Positions 30,798-40,374 of a stretch of 64,000 nt of DNA are shown piece after piece. Both the position numbers and the translations under genes were made by a program. Origin of the DNA: Gemmatimonadota bacterium (GTDB taxonomy: Bacteria; Gemmatimonadota; Gemmatimonadetes; Longimicrobiales; Gaopeijiaceae); contig JAXHMG010000003.1 of NCBI GenBank assembly GCA_034521595.1, forward strand, positions 128,001-192,000. Reading direction: 5' to 3'. Numbering within the stretch: the first letter of the stretch is position 1; every line of letters begins with the position of its first letter. The notes beneath the pieces are model-generated. The model ran no database searches. It saw only the letters and a program-made list of their open reading frames with translations, and was not told the origin of the DNA.

Positions 30798-31942
30798 CCG
30801 GAGTGGACGAGGAGCTGAGGGCGCAGGTCCGCAAGCTTTGCGCCGAGTACGATCAGGAATACTGGCGTCGGCTCGATCGAGCTCGGGCCTACCCCGAGGC
30901 GTTCGTGGACGCGCTCACGTCGGCCGGGTACCTGGCGTGCCTTATTCCGGAGGCGTACGGCGGCGCGGGGCTCGGGATGCGCGAGGCCGCGGCGATCCTG
31001 GAGGAGATCAACCGCTCGGGGGCGAACGGGGCGGCCTGCCACGCCCAGATGTATACGATGGGGACTCTCCTCCGCCACGGCTCCGAAGAACAGAAGCGGC
31101 GCTGGCTTCCGGACGTCGCCTCGGGAGAGCTGCGCTTGCAAGCCTTCGCGGTTACCGAGCCCGATGCGGGCTCCGATACCACGCGTATCTCGACGTTCGC
31201 CGAACGCAAGGGCGATCGGTACGTCGTGCGCGGTCAGAAGATCTTCATCTCGCGGGTGCAGCACTCGGACTTGATGGTGCTGCTGGCACGGACCACGCCC
31301 ATCGACGAGGTCGAGAAGCGCACCGACGGCCTGAGCGTCTTCGTCGTCGACCTGCGCGAGGCGGGGGACGCCCTCCGTGTGGTTCCCGTGGATACGATGG
31401 TCAACCACGAGACCAACGAGGTGTTCTTCGACGAGCTGGAGGTACCGGCCGACAATCTGATCGGGGAGGAGGGGAAGGGATTCCGCTACATCCTCGGCGG
31501 GATGAACGCCGAGCGGATCCTTCTCGCTTCGGAGTCGGTGGGAGACGCCCTCTACTTCGTGGACAAGGCTTGCGCCTACGCCGGTGAGCGGGTGGTCTTC
31601 TCGCGGCCCATCGGACAGAACCAGGGCGTGCAGTTCCCGCTCGCCGCAGCGTACACTCGGACCATGGGAGCCGCCGCCCTGCGGGATCGGGCGGTCGAGC
31701 TCTACGAAGCCGACCTCGCCTGCGGGGCGGAGGCCAACATGTGCAAGTACCTTGCCTCCGAAGCCGCCTGGGAAGCAGGGAATGCCGCGATGGACACCTT
31801 CGGCGGCTACGGGCTGGCCGAAGAGTACGGGATCGAGCGGAAGTTCCGCGAGGCGCGGCTGTACCTCGTGGCTCCGGTCGCGAACAACCTCGTGCTCGCC
31901 CATGTTGCCCAGCACGTGCTGGGTCTTCCTCGCTCCTTCTGA
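30794..31942 (+). CDS. acyl-CoA dehydrogenase
   Basis: YGGAG, CHAQMY, VTEPDAGSD, GQKIFIS, NAER, FGGYG, ERKFRE. Confidence 0.93.
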   Translation: MTGVDEELRAQVRKLCAEYDQEYWRRLDRARAYPEAFVDALTSAGYLACLIPEAYGGAGLGMREAAAILEEINRSGANGAACHAQMYTMGTLLRHGSEEQKRRWLPDVASGELRLQAFAVTEPDAGSDTTRISTFAERKGDRYVVRGQKIFISRVQHSDLMVLLARTTPIDEVEKRTDGLSVFVVDLREAGDALRVVPVDTMVNHETNEVFFDELEVPADNLIGEEGKGFRYILGGMNAERILLASESVGDALYFVDKACAYAGERVVFSRPIGQNQGVQFPLAAAYTRTMGAAALRDRAVELYEADLACGAEANMCKYLASEAAWEAGNAAMDTFGGYGLAEEYGIERKFREARLYLVAPVANNLVLAHVAQHVLGLPRSF

Positions 31943-31956
31943 CGGTTGGCGGCCGC

Positions 31957-32850
31957 ATGACGTCCACATCCGGAAACCCGTCCGAGCTCGAGAGCGTGCT
32001 CGACCAGGACTTCTCGGCTTGGGTCGGGAAGACGCGAGTCCGGAGGGACACGGTTTCCGCGTGGCCCGCGCAAGCGCTCGCTGCCACGTTGGACCGCGAC
32101 CCCCGCGCCTTCGCCGAGGGTGTCGAGCTCCCGCACGGATGGCACTGGATGTACTTCAACGATGCCGTTCCCGCCTCCGGGCTGGGTGAGGACGGCCATG
32201 AAGCCCGTGGCGGCTTCCTGCCGCCGATTCCCCTTCCGAGGAGGATGTGGGCGGGCGGGCGGATTCGCTTCCACGAGCCCGTGCGCATCGGAGAGGTGGC
32301 CGAGCGCACGTCTGAGATCGAGCGCGTGCGTACGAAGCGGGGACGCTCGGGGCCCCTGGTCTTCGTCACGGTGCGACACCGGATCGTGGGGAGCGCGGGG
32401 CTCGCTGTGGACGAGGAACAGGATCTGGTCTACCGGGCTCCTTCCGGAAAGGGAGCCGTGGCGAGCCCGGAGGGCGACGGCTGGAGCGCGCCCGAGGGGA
32501 CCGAGATCGTGGGGCGCTTTCAGGCCGATCCCGTGACTCTGTTCCGGTTTTCGGCGCTGACGTTCAACGGGCACCGGATTCACTACGACCGGCCCTATGC
32601 CACGGAGGTCGAAGGGTACCCGGACCTGGTGGTCCACGGCCCGCTGCTCGCGCTGCTCCTCCTCGACGCCGCCGAGGCTCGGACGGGGCAATCCTCGGGT
32701 ATATATCACTATCGTGCGCTCGCTCCGATCTTTTGCCACGAACCCTGCGAGATCTGCGCGGCGCCCGAGTCCGCCGAGGAAGGGAGCGGCGTCAAGCTGT
32801 GGGCGGCACATCCCCGTCGCGGCCCCGCAATGGAGGCGGAACTCCGATGA
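31957..32850 (+). CDS. double hot-dog hydratase (itaconyl-CoA/mesaconyl-C4-CoA hydratase family)
   Basis: GGFLPPIPLPRRMWAGG, LFRFSALTFNGHRIHYD, EGYPDLVVHGPL. Confidence 0.88.
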   Translation: MTSTSGNPSELESVLDQDFSAWVGKTRVRRDTVSAWPAQALAATLDRDPRAFAEGVELPHGWHWMYFNDAVPASGLGEDGHEARGGFLPPIPLPRRMWAGGRIRFHEPVRIGEVAERTSEIERVRTKRGRSGPLVFVTVRHRIVGSAGLAVDEEQDLVYRAPSGKGAVASPEGDGWSAPEGTEIVGRFQADPVTLFRFSALTFNGHRIHYDRPYATEVEGYPDLVVHGPLLALLLLDAAEARTGQSSGIYHYRALAPIFCHEPCEICAAPESAEEGSGVKLWAAHPRRGPAMEAELR

Positions 32851-35800
32851 GCTCTCTCCCGCTCCGGCCCGAGGGGTTCGGCCCCCTCCGGATGCTGACG
32901 TTCTCCGTGTTGCTCGGGGTGGCGCCCGTCGGCACGGAGGCGCAGGAGGCTTCCTTCGATTTGGCCGGGGTCTTCGATCTCGGGTCGGTCGTGATCGACA
33001 CGAACGACGATGACGTTCCCGATCGGCTCGACGCCTCTCTGATGCTGGGGGACGAGCCCCGTCCCGCGGCACTGGCGTCAGCGGCCGAGATCTCCGCCCG
33101 GTTGGGCTTCGAGACGATGGCGCTGGACCTACCGGTGGCCCGGGGCGCGACCCCGGAAGGTGTGTCCGTCGTCGTCGGGCGAGGTGGGCTCGCCGTATCG
33201 GGCCTCGACCGGCCGGGCGTGGATCCCGCTTCGCTCGACGCGGGGGAGGGCGTCGTCGCGACCGTGTCCGAGAACGGCCGCCGCTGGTTGCTGGTTCTCG
33301 GGGGTGACGACGAAGGGCTCCTTGCGGCCGGCCGGTTACTCGCCGGCGTCATGCCGCACACCCGGACGCTCTCGTCGCCGACGCTCGCCGAGGTCCGGGA
33401 CGACGTCCTGACCATCCTCGCCGCCGACGAGGTCACTCCGGAGGTGGTGCGCGTCGCTCAGGCGCGTGCTCGCTCGGGGACGGAAGGTGTCGAGCGGTTG
33501 GTCTTGGAGCTCGATGTCGGAGCGGAGGATCGGGTGCGCGCGGTGCGCGCATTGCGGGACTTTCCCGGACCGGACGTCGGGGAGGATCCGCTGGCGCACC
33601 CGGGCCTCGGCTCCGTGGAGGTGCGCATCGGCACGTCGACCGTGAGGCTCGACGGCAGGGCCACGACCCCGGAAGCCGGCCCGGTGCTGGACCGGCCGGG
33701 CAGCGGGGCCAAGGACGAGATGGACCTCTCCAACCTGCTTTCGCCCGCCGGCTTGCTCGGAGATTCCGACAACAACCTGATTCCCGACCGCGTGGATGCC
33801 GTGGTCGCCACGGGCAGCGTCGGGGTGAGCGGGCTCCCCGATCTGACCGCCCGGTTGGGGCTGGAATCCACCGGCCTGGTCGTTCCGCTCGTCGAGCTCG
33901 CCGAGGCGGTGGACGAGCCGGCTTCCCGCCCGACACTCGTTTTGACCGGCTCGGACAACGTGCTCACGCAGGAGTTGGCCGATAGCGGAAGGATCGACCT
34001 CTCCGGACTGGAGGCGGGCGAGGGTATCCTTCAGGTCGTGCCGGACGCGTTCGGGTCCAAGCCCGCGCTCGTCGTGACGGGCGGTGACCGAGAGGGAGCG
34101 CGGCGGGCCGCGGAGCACCTCGCCGTGACATATCCGAATCTGCGGGAGCGAGGGACCGACCGGCCCACCCTCGACGAGGTGGAGCGGGTCCTGTGGCACG
34201 CCTTGGCCGGCCACGCGCCGGAGGGCCAGGCCGCCATCGGCATGTACAAGCTCGGACAGATCGCCGACAGCCTCGACGCTCGTGACCTCGAGTCGGTGAG
34301 GGTCACCTTGTCGGTCGACCGTGCCGACCCGCGGCTCGAGCGATATCTGGAAGGGCGCGTGGCCGAGCGGTTCGGAGCCGGCGTGGCCACCGAGGTCCAC
34401 GTCGACGACCGCGACGTCCGCTTCGCTTCCCCCATCTATGAGGACGAGCTGACGCTCCCCTCCGAGGTCGAGCGGTTCCGGACCTTGGTCGAGGAACGGT
34501 TGGTCCCCCAAGTGCGGGACGGCTCACCGGTGCGGGTGGAAGCTCGGCTGAGCGAGCCTCCGGCGGTCCGGCGGGGGCTGGCCGAGGAGACGCGGGCCAC
34601 GCTCATGGCGGCGGGCGCGGATCCGGACCGGACCGAAGTCACCGTGCTCAGTGCCTTCAAGCAGGGGTATTCGTGGATCGACGAGGTCGTGCGCCCGCGG
34701 CTCGTCGATGAGGAGATCGGCGAGATCCGGATTCGCTTCCTCCGGAACGATCCGCCGGACGATTGGCCACAGCAGGCCATGCACACCCCGGTGCGCTGGC
34801 TCCACGAGATCTATCCCGTCGACGAGGTTCTTGCCGAGGATCTCGGGCTCGACATGGATCGGATCGTGTTCGAGGAAGTGGAGGAGGGGCCGGTGTACGA
34901 GGTCGTCGTCACGGATCCCGGTGGCGAACGGATCTTGCGGGAGACCTTCGATCCCAAGTGGATCCTGCGTCCCTATTTCGACCGCTTCCGGGATTACGAG
35001 CAAGTTCGTGTGACGACCGGCTGGCTTCACGCGGCGAGCGGGGACCGGACGCTCGTGGACGAGCGGATCCGTACCGACCCCGAAGCGTTCTGGGACTACT
35101 ACCAAGCGGAGGTCCTCCCGGCGCTCTACGACTATGTCATGGATCGCCATGACGGTCTTCCTCGAGGTGGGTCCGTCGATGCGCCCTATTTCGGGGAGCT
35201 GGCCGTCGAGGTCGGCATGAGCGAGCCGAACTATCGGCTCGGAGTGGACAACGAGATCCACGCGCCCATGGATGCGCTGCACGAAGAGATCTACTTCGGC
35301 ACCCTCGAGTTTTTCGAGCTCCTCGGGCGCAACGCGGGCGGGGAGGGCCTTTCTTATCCTGGAAGAGTCTTGCCCGTGATGCGCCCCAGAGGCGACGGGG
35401 AGCCGGCCCGGGTCGAGGTGCGGGCGACCGGATTCGCGACCTCTCGGCCGGCCGTGGTCGTCGAGTACCGGGAGCGGTCCGGGCGCGAGGGAGAGCTTCG
35501 ACTCGATATCCCCGAAACGACGCTCGAGCGTCCGTCCGCCCGGATGGCCCGGATTGCCGCTGCCGGCGGACTTTCGCACCTGGCGCTGCGAGTGCGGGTC
35601 GATACCGATGCCGACATGCGTGACAGCCTCCTCACGCACGCGCCTCCGCGCAGGGTCGATCGAACGATGGTCTCGGCCGAGCAGGTGACCGCGACGGTCG
35701 AGGAGCTCGAGGCGTTGCGCGCTGCCGGACTCTACACGTCCGCGCTGGCCTTCCCTGGACTCGGTTCCCTCGAGGTTCGCGCCGAATGGACCCACGAGGA

Positions 35801-37082
35801 GAATCCCGAGGCGCGTCGCACGGCCGTCCTGGCCCCGAACGGGACCCCCGAGCCGCTTCCGGATCCGGCGACGCTCGTGCCCGACGACTGGCGCTACGGC
35901 GGTGAACGGCTCGTCCAGTGGGAGACGCCCATCCCACCGGCCGAGGGCCACGAGCTGGTGGGCAAGATGGCGGCGACGTTCGAGGAAGCTTCGGCGTACA
36001 GGGTCGGCAAGAGCTATCTGGGCCGGGAGATCTGGGCCATGGACCTCATGTCGCCCGTCCAGGCGACGCACTGGTCCCGCGCCAAGGCGACGACCTTCAA
36101 GCCCACCGTGATCTATTCCGCGAGGGAGCACGCCAACGAGGTCTCGTCGACGAGCCACGTCCTGCGGCATGCGGAGCTGCTGCTCACGGACTCCGCAGGC
36201 CGACGGAAGCTGGACCGTGTGAACGTGGTCATCCATCCGTTCACCAACCCCGACGGAGCCCAGCTCGCTTACGACCTGTACGGCATCACCCCGGACTACA
36301 TCCTGCACGCCGGCTATCTGGGGTCGCTCGGGCAAGGTGCCACGGCCGGCTCGGAGGATGATCATCCCATCTATCCGGAAGCCCCCTTGAGGGACCGTCT
36401 CTGGGAGGTGTGGCTCCCCGACATCTTTCTGAATCCGCACGGATACCCGTCCCATCAGGTCGTGCAACTCTTCTCGGAGTATACGGGCCTCGTCCGGCGG
36501 GGGCGCGTGACGGAGCGGAACTGGGGGTTCAACAAGGGATGGTTCATGCCGGGCTTCGGATACGTGGACGATCCGGATCTTCCCAGGCACAAGGACGCCG
36601 CGTTCCGAATCCGTGACTACATCACGGAGGCCATCAACGCGGAATCGGATGTCGTGGCGCTGAACCGCCGCGCGTACGACCGTTACGTGCGCTACGGAGC
36701 GCGCTTCGATCCGGAGGTGTTCCGACTCCCGCTCGTCGACGACGTCCTGATCGAGATGCCTCTCAAGGGGCGGAGTAGCGATGGGGGCGGCCGAAACCCC
36801 CGCGTCACGATCTGGAGCGGGACCACGGAGGCGCCCGACGAGACCGCTTACGGGCCGTGGATGGAGCTCGTGGCCAGCGCGGGCCTCGCATGGGATCAGG
36901 CCATTCTCGACTATCTCTACGATGGCGACCATGGCGTAGAACGGTCCGGGTCCACATTCTTCGGTGGAGTGAGCCTCCGTATGAACCGCCCTCGTCCCCC
37001 CGAGGACGCGGAGGACGGGGACGGCGCGGTCGCCGAGGACGCGGCCGGCGATCCTGGCCCCGAGGACCCGGGCAACCGGTGA
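32847..37082 (+). CDS. very large secreted M14 metallopeptidase (about 1411 aa)
   Basis: Signal peptide; C-terminal HANE, NPDG, NPHGY; duplicated N-terminal DxxxxxxPDR..ARLGxE module. Confidence 0.85.
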   Translation: MSSLPLRPEGFGPLRMLTFSVLLGVAPVGTEAQEASFDLAGVFDLGSVVIDTNDDDVPDRLDASLMLGDEPRPAALASAAEISARLGFETMALDLPVARGATPEGVSVVVGRGGLAVSGLDRPGVDPASLDAGEGVVATVSENGRRWLLVLGGDDEGLLAAGRLLAGVMPHTRTLSSPTLAEVRDDVLTILAADEVTPEVVRVAQARARSGTEGVERLVLELDVGAEDRVRAVRALRDFPGPDVGEDPLAHPGLGSVEVRIGTSTVRLDGRATTPEAGPVLDRPGSGAKDEMDLSNLLSPAGLLGDSDNNLIPDRVDAVVATGSVGVSGLPDLTARLGLESTGLVVPLVELAEAVDEPASRPTLVLTGSDNVLTQELADSGRIDLSGLEAGEGILQVVPDAFGSKPALVVTGGDREGARRAAEHLAVTYPNLRERGTDRPTLDEVERVLWHALAGHAPEGQAAIGMYKLGQIADSLDARDLESVRVTLSVDRADPRLERYLEGRVAERFGAGVATEVHVDDRDVRFASPIYEDELTLPSEVERFRTLVEERLVPQVRDGSPVRVEARLSEPPAVRRGLAEETRATLMAAGADPDRTEVTVLSAFKQGYSWIDEVVRPRLVDEEIGEIRIRFLRNDPPDDWPQQAMHTPVRWLHEIYPVDEVLAEDLGLDMDRIVFEEVEEGPVYEVVVTDPGGERILRETFDPKWILRPYFDRFRDYEQVRVTTGWLHAASGDRTLVDERIRTDPEAFWDYYQAEVLPALYDYVMDRHDGLPRGGSVDAPYFGELAVEVGMSEPNYRLGVDNEIHAPMDALHEEIYFGTLEFFELLGRNAGGEGLSYPGRVLPVMRPRGDGEPARVEVRATGFATSRPAVVVEYRERSGREGELRLDIPETTLERPSARMARIAAAGGLSHLALRVRVDTDADMRDSLLTHAPPRRVDRTMVSAEQVTATVEELEALRAAGLYTSALAFPGLGSLEVRAEWTHEENPEARRTAVLAPNGTPEPLPDPATLVPDDWRYGGERLVQWETPIPPAEGHELVGKMAATFEEASAYRVGKSYLGREIWAMDLMSPVQATHWSRAKATTFKPTVIYSAREHANEVSSTSHVLRHAELLLTDSAGRRKLDRVNVVIHPFTNPDGAQLAYDLYGITPDYILHAGYLGSLGQGATAGSEDDHPIYPEAPLRDRLWEVWLPDIFLNPHGYPSHQVVQLFSEYTGLVRRGRVTERNWGFNKGWFMPGFGYVDDPDLPRHKDAAFRIRDYITEAINAESDVVALNRRAYDRYVRYGARFDPEVFRLPLVDDVLIEMPLKGRSSDGGGRNPRVTIWSGTTEAPDETAYGPWMELVASAGLAWDQAILDYLYDGDHGVERSGSTFFGGVSLRMNRPRPPEDAEDGDGAVAEDAAGDPGPEDPGNR

Positions 37083-37205
37083 GACCGGCATGGAGCCCGG
37101 GGTCGCGGCGAGCGGATGGGAAGTTACAATACAACGGAGGCAAGACCGGCCGTTCCGGCCGGACTCGAACGCGACCTTCGACCCTCTACCTGTGAAAGGA
37201 ACGCC

Positions 37206-37694
37206 ATGAAGCACGCGCTCAAGCTCTCACTGATGCTCGCCATCGCCGCCGGTGCGTGCGGCGACGCCTCGCCCGACATGGACTCCGCCCCGGGCACCGA
37301 AGCGACCCCGTCCGAGGGGGCGCCGCAGCCACCGGAGCCGACGGATGAGCCCATCGGAACGGTCAGCATCGTCCAGCCCGCCGAGGGGGCCGAAGTCGAA
37401 GGACCGTCGGTGGAAGTCGAGCTCGACGTTTCCGGGTTTCCGATCGTGGAGGCGGGGGACATGACGCCTCGAACGGGCCACCATCACCTCTATCTCGATG
37501 CCGACCTCACACCGGCGGAACAGCCCGTGCCGACGGTCGAGGGAAGCATCATCCACATGGGCGAAGGCGGCTCGACCTACACGTTCGAGAACGTGGAGCC
37601 GGGAGAGCACCGGCTCATCGCGGTGGTCGCGGACGGTGCGCACTTTCCCGTGCAGCCCTGGGTGGTGGACACCGTGACGTTCCGGGTCCGGTGA
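37206..37694 (+). CDS. DUF4399-like lipoprotein
   Basis: Lipobox AGAC; P.EGA.V, TGHHHL, IH.G, PGEH, DGAH. Confidence 0.8.
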   Translation: MKHALKLSLMLAIAAGACGDASPDMDSAPGTEATPSEGAPQPPEPTDEPIGTVSIVQPAEGAEVEGPSVEVELDVSGFPIVEAGDMTPRTGHHHLYLDADLTPAEQPVPTVEGSIIHMGEGGSTYTFENVEPGEHRLIAVVADGAHFPVQPWVVDTVTFRVR

Positions 37695-37718
37695 GCCGGT
37701 ACCGGCTCACCGCTTTCT
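37689..37718 (+). terminator. probable terminator hairpin
   Basis: Perfect 24-bp palindrome CGGTGAGCCGGTACCGGCTCACCG over the stop codon, then CTTTCT. Confidence 0.55.
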
Positions 37719-37872
37719 CCACACGCATTGGTGGCGTGAGCACGATTCGCGTCGTATGCTGTGGGCACGATACGCTGGAAGTGAGAGTGAACGCTCAGCA
37801 CTTTCGCGTCGGAATGTGTGTTAATTAGTGAAGATCAGATCACTCTGCGTAACGCGCTAAGCTGAGGAACGC

Positions 37873-40320
37873 ATGAACGCTGCAACACCCACGATACTCG
37901 TCGCCGGCTTGCTCCTGCTAGGATTGGCCGTGGAGCCGAACGACGAGACCCCATCCGCCGAGCCGTCGGCCGTGGCCGTGGAGCATGAGGCGACCGAGGC
38001 GAATCTCGACCAGTCCCTCAACGAGGTAGTGGATCAGTACTGCGTTCGGTGCCACAGCGAGCGTCGGATGACAGGCAACCTCACCCTCGAGGACTTCGAT
38101 GCCGCGGCGCCGGAACAGGACGCCCAGACGGCCGAGCGCGTCATCCACAAGCTGCGGGCGGGAATGATGCCCCCGGCTGGCGCACGGCGTCCTCCGGAGG
38201 ACTCGCTGACCCTCCTCGCCTCCAGCCTCGAGACGCGCATCGACGAGGCGGCCGCCGGGGATCCCAATCCGGGGCGGCGCACGTTCCAACGGATGACCAC
38301 CTCCGACTACGAAAGGTCGATCCGCGACCTGTTCGGCCTCGAAGTGGACGCTTCGGCGTTCCTCCCGGGCGAGACCATGAGCGACAACTTCGACAACATC
38401 GCGGACGTGCAGATGTTGTCGGCCACGCTCATGGAGGGCTATTTGAAGGCTGCTGCCCACGTCGCACGGGCCGCGGTCGGCGATCGGTCGGCGAGTGCCT
38501 CGTCGAGCGTCTACAAGGTCGACAAGACGCGCTCGCAGATGGAGCATATCGAGGGCACGCCACTCGGCACGCGCGGAGGCACCTCGGTCCTCCACAACTT
38601 CCCTGCCGACGGGGACTACGTTTTTCAGGTGGATCTGCACGCTATTCCCACCGGGCAGCTCTACGGCTCCACCTCGCAGGACGAGCAGCTCGAGATCTCC
38701 ATCAATGGGGAACGGGTCGCCGTCTTGGAGGTCGATCGCTGGTCTACGGAGTCCGACCCGAGCGGTCATCGCATGGAGACGCCCCCGATCCACGTGGAGG
38801 CGGGTCAGCACCGCGTGGCCGCGGCGTTCGTGCAGAAGATCGAAGGACCGGTGATCGACCTCATCAAGCCGGTCGATTACACGCTCGCGGACTCCCAGAT
38901 CGGGTCCGACTACGGGGTGACGACCGCGCCGCACCTACGCGACCTGGTCATCACCGGTCCATTCCGCGTGAGCGGGGTTTCGAACACCGAGAGCCGGAGC
39001 CGAATCTTCACCTGCCGGCCGACCTCGCCCGAGGATGAGCGGCCATGCGCCGAATCCATCATCGAGAGGCTCGCCGAACAGGCGTATCGCCGTCCGCTTC
39101 GGAACGACGACCTCGAGAGCTTGATGTCCTTCTACGAGGACGGACGACAGGACGGCGGCTTCGAGGGCGGAATTCGCCGCGCGATCCAGGCGATGCTCGC
39201 GAGCCCGCACTTCGTGTTCCGGCTCGAGCAGACCAACGTGGACGCGGACGAACGCGAGATCTACGAGGTCGCGGACATGGATCTGGCCTCCAGGCTCTCG
39301 TTCTTCCTATGGGCCGCGCCGCCGGACGAGGAGTTGATCCGGGTCGCGAGCGAAGGCAAGCTGTCCGACGAAGAGGTCCTCGAGGAGCAGACCCTCCGAA
39401 TGCTGGAGGACCCACGGGCCGAAGCCCTGTCCACGCGCTTCGCGTCGCAGTGGCTGCGGCTCCAGGACCTCGACAAGATCCATCCGGACGCGCAGCACTT
39501 CCCGTACTGGGATCAGGCGCTGACGCAAGCGATGAAGAGGGAAACCCAGCTCCTCTTCCAGCACCTCGTCGAGGAAAATGGAAGCCTCATGGACCTCCTG
39601 ACGGCGGATTACAGCTTCGTCAACGAGCGGTTGGCCCGGCACTACGGGATTCCCCGCGTGTCCGGTGAGGATTTCCAGCGCGTGGCGCTGCGGAACGAGC
39701 ACCGCCGCGGACTGCTCGGACACGGAAGCATCCTGATGATGACCTCGCACGCGAATCGCACCTCACCGGTGCTTCGCGGAAAGTGGGTCATGGAGGTTCT
39801 GCTGGGATCTCCGCCGCCGCCGCCGCCGCCCAACGTGCCGTCACTCGACGAGTCGTCCGACGAGGCCCAGGAGGGGCGTACGCTGACTACTCGTGAGCGT
39901 ATGGCACAGCACCGGGACAACCCCGCGTGCGAGTCGTGCCACAGCGTCATCGACCCGATCGGGCTCGCGTTGGAGAACTTCGACGTGACCGGCGCTTGGC
40001 GGATCAAGGAGAACGGGAACCCGATCGATGCCAGGGGTGAGCTCTACGACGGGACTTCGATCGAGAACCCGAGCGATCTGCGCGAGGCGATCCTGGAACG
40101 ACCCTCGGTCTTCGTCCGGACGTTCACGAAGAACATGATGGCGTACGCGCTGGGTCGCCGCGTGGAGTACTACGACATGCCGACGGTGCGCAGCATCGAG
40201 GCCGAGGCGAAAGAAAACGATTACCGCATGTCCTCGTTCATCCTGGGCGTGGTGAAGAGCCCCGCCTTCCGGATGGCCCGCGCCGAAACGGTCGCGGAGC
40301 AGGACGCACAGCAGCAGTAG
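37873..40320 (+). CDS. DUF1592/1588/1585/1587/1595 (planctomycete-type) cytochrome c protein
   Basis: CVRCH and CESCH; GMMPP; LASRLSFFLW; QWL; NERLARHYG; TSPVLRGKW; YALGR. Confidence 0.9.
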   Translation: MNAATPTILVAGLLLLGLAVEPNDETPSAEPSAVAVEHEATEANLDQSLNEVVDQYCVRCHSERRMTGNLTLEDFDAAAPEQDAQTAERVIHKLRAGMMPPAGARRPPEDSLTLLASSLETRIDEAAAGDPNPGRRTFQRMTTSDYERSIRDLFGLEVDASAFLPGETMSDNFDNIADVQMLSATLMEGYLKAAAHVARAAVGDRSASASSSVYKVDKTRSQMEHIEGTPLGTRGGTSVLHNFPADGDYVFQVDLHAIPTGQLYGSTSQDEQLEISINGERVAVLEVDRWSTESDPSGHRMETPPIHVEAGQHRVAAAFVQKIEGPVIDLIKPVDYTLADSQIGSDYGVTTAPHLRDLVITGPFRVSGVSNTESRSRIFTCRPTSPEDERPCAESIIERLAEQAYRRPLRNDDLESLMSFYEDGRQDGGFEGGIRRAIQAMLASPHFVFRLEQTNVDADEREIYEVADMDLASRLSFFLWAAPPDEELIRVASEGKLSDEEVLEEQTLRMLEDPRAEALSTRFASQWLRLQDLDKIHPDAQHFPYWDQALTQAMKRETQLLFQHLVEENGSLMDLLTADYSFVNERLARHYGIPRVSGEDFQRVALRNEHRRGLLGHGSILMMTSHANRTSPVLRGKWVMEVLLGSPPPPPPPNVPSLDESSDEAQEGRTLTTRERMAQHRDNPACESCHSVIDPIGLALENFDVTGAWRIKENGNPIDARGELYDGTSIENPSDLREAILERPSVFVRTFTKNMMAYALGRRVEYYDMPTVRSIEAEAKENDYRMSSFILGVVKSPAFRMARAETVAEQDAQQQ

Positions 40321-40374
40321 ACCCTCTCGAACGATAGACGACGATCAGTACCTCTAGCCAGGAGACAACCAAAG

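Noticed and set aside
37810-37845. CRP/FNR-like site GTGA..TCAC before the DUF1592 operon
   Set aside because: Spacer is 8 nt rather than 6; cannot be assigned to a factor
39811-39831. (CCG)n run
   Set aside because: Encodes the poly-Pro stretch typical of this protein family; not an independent repeat
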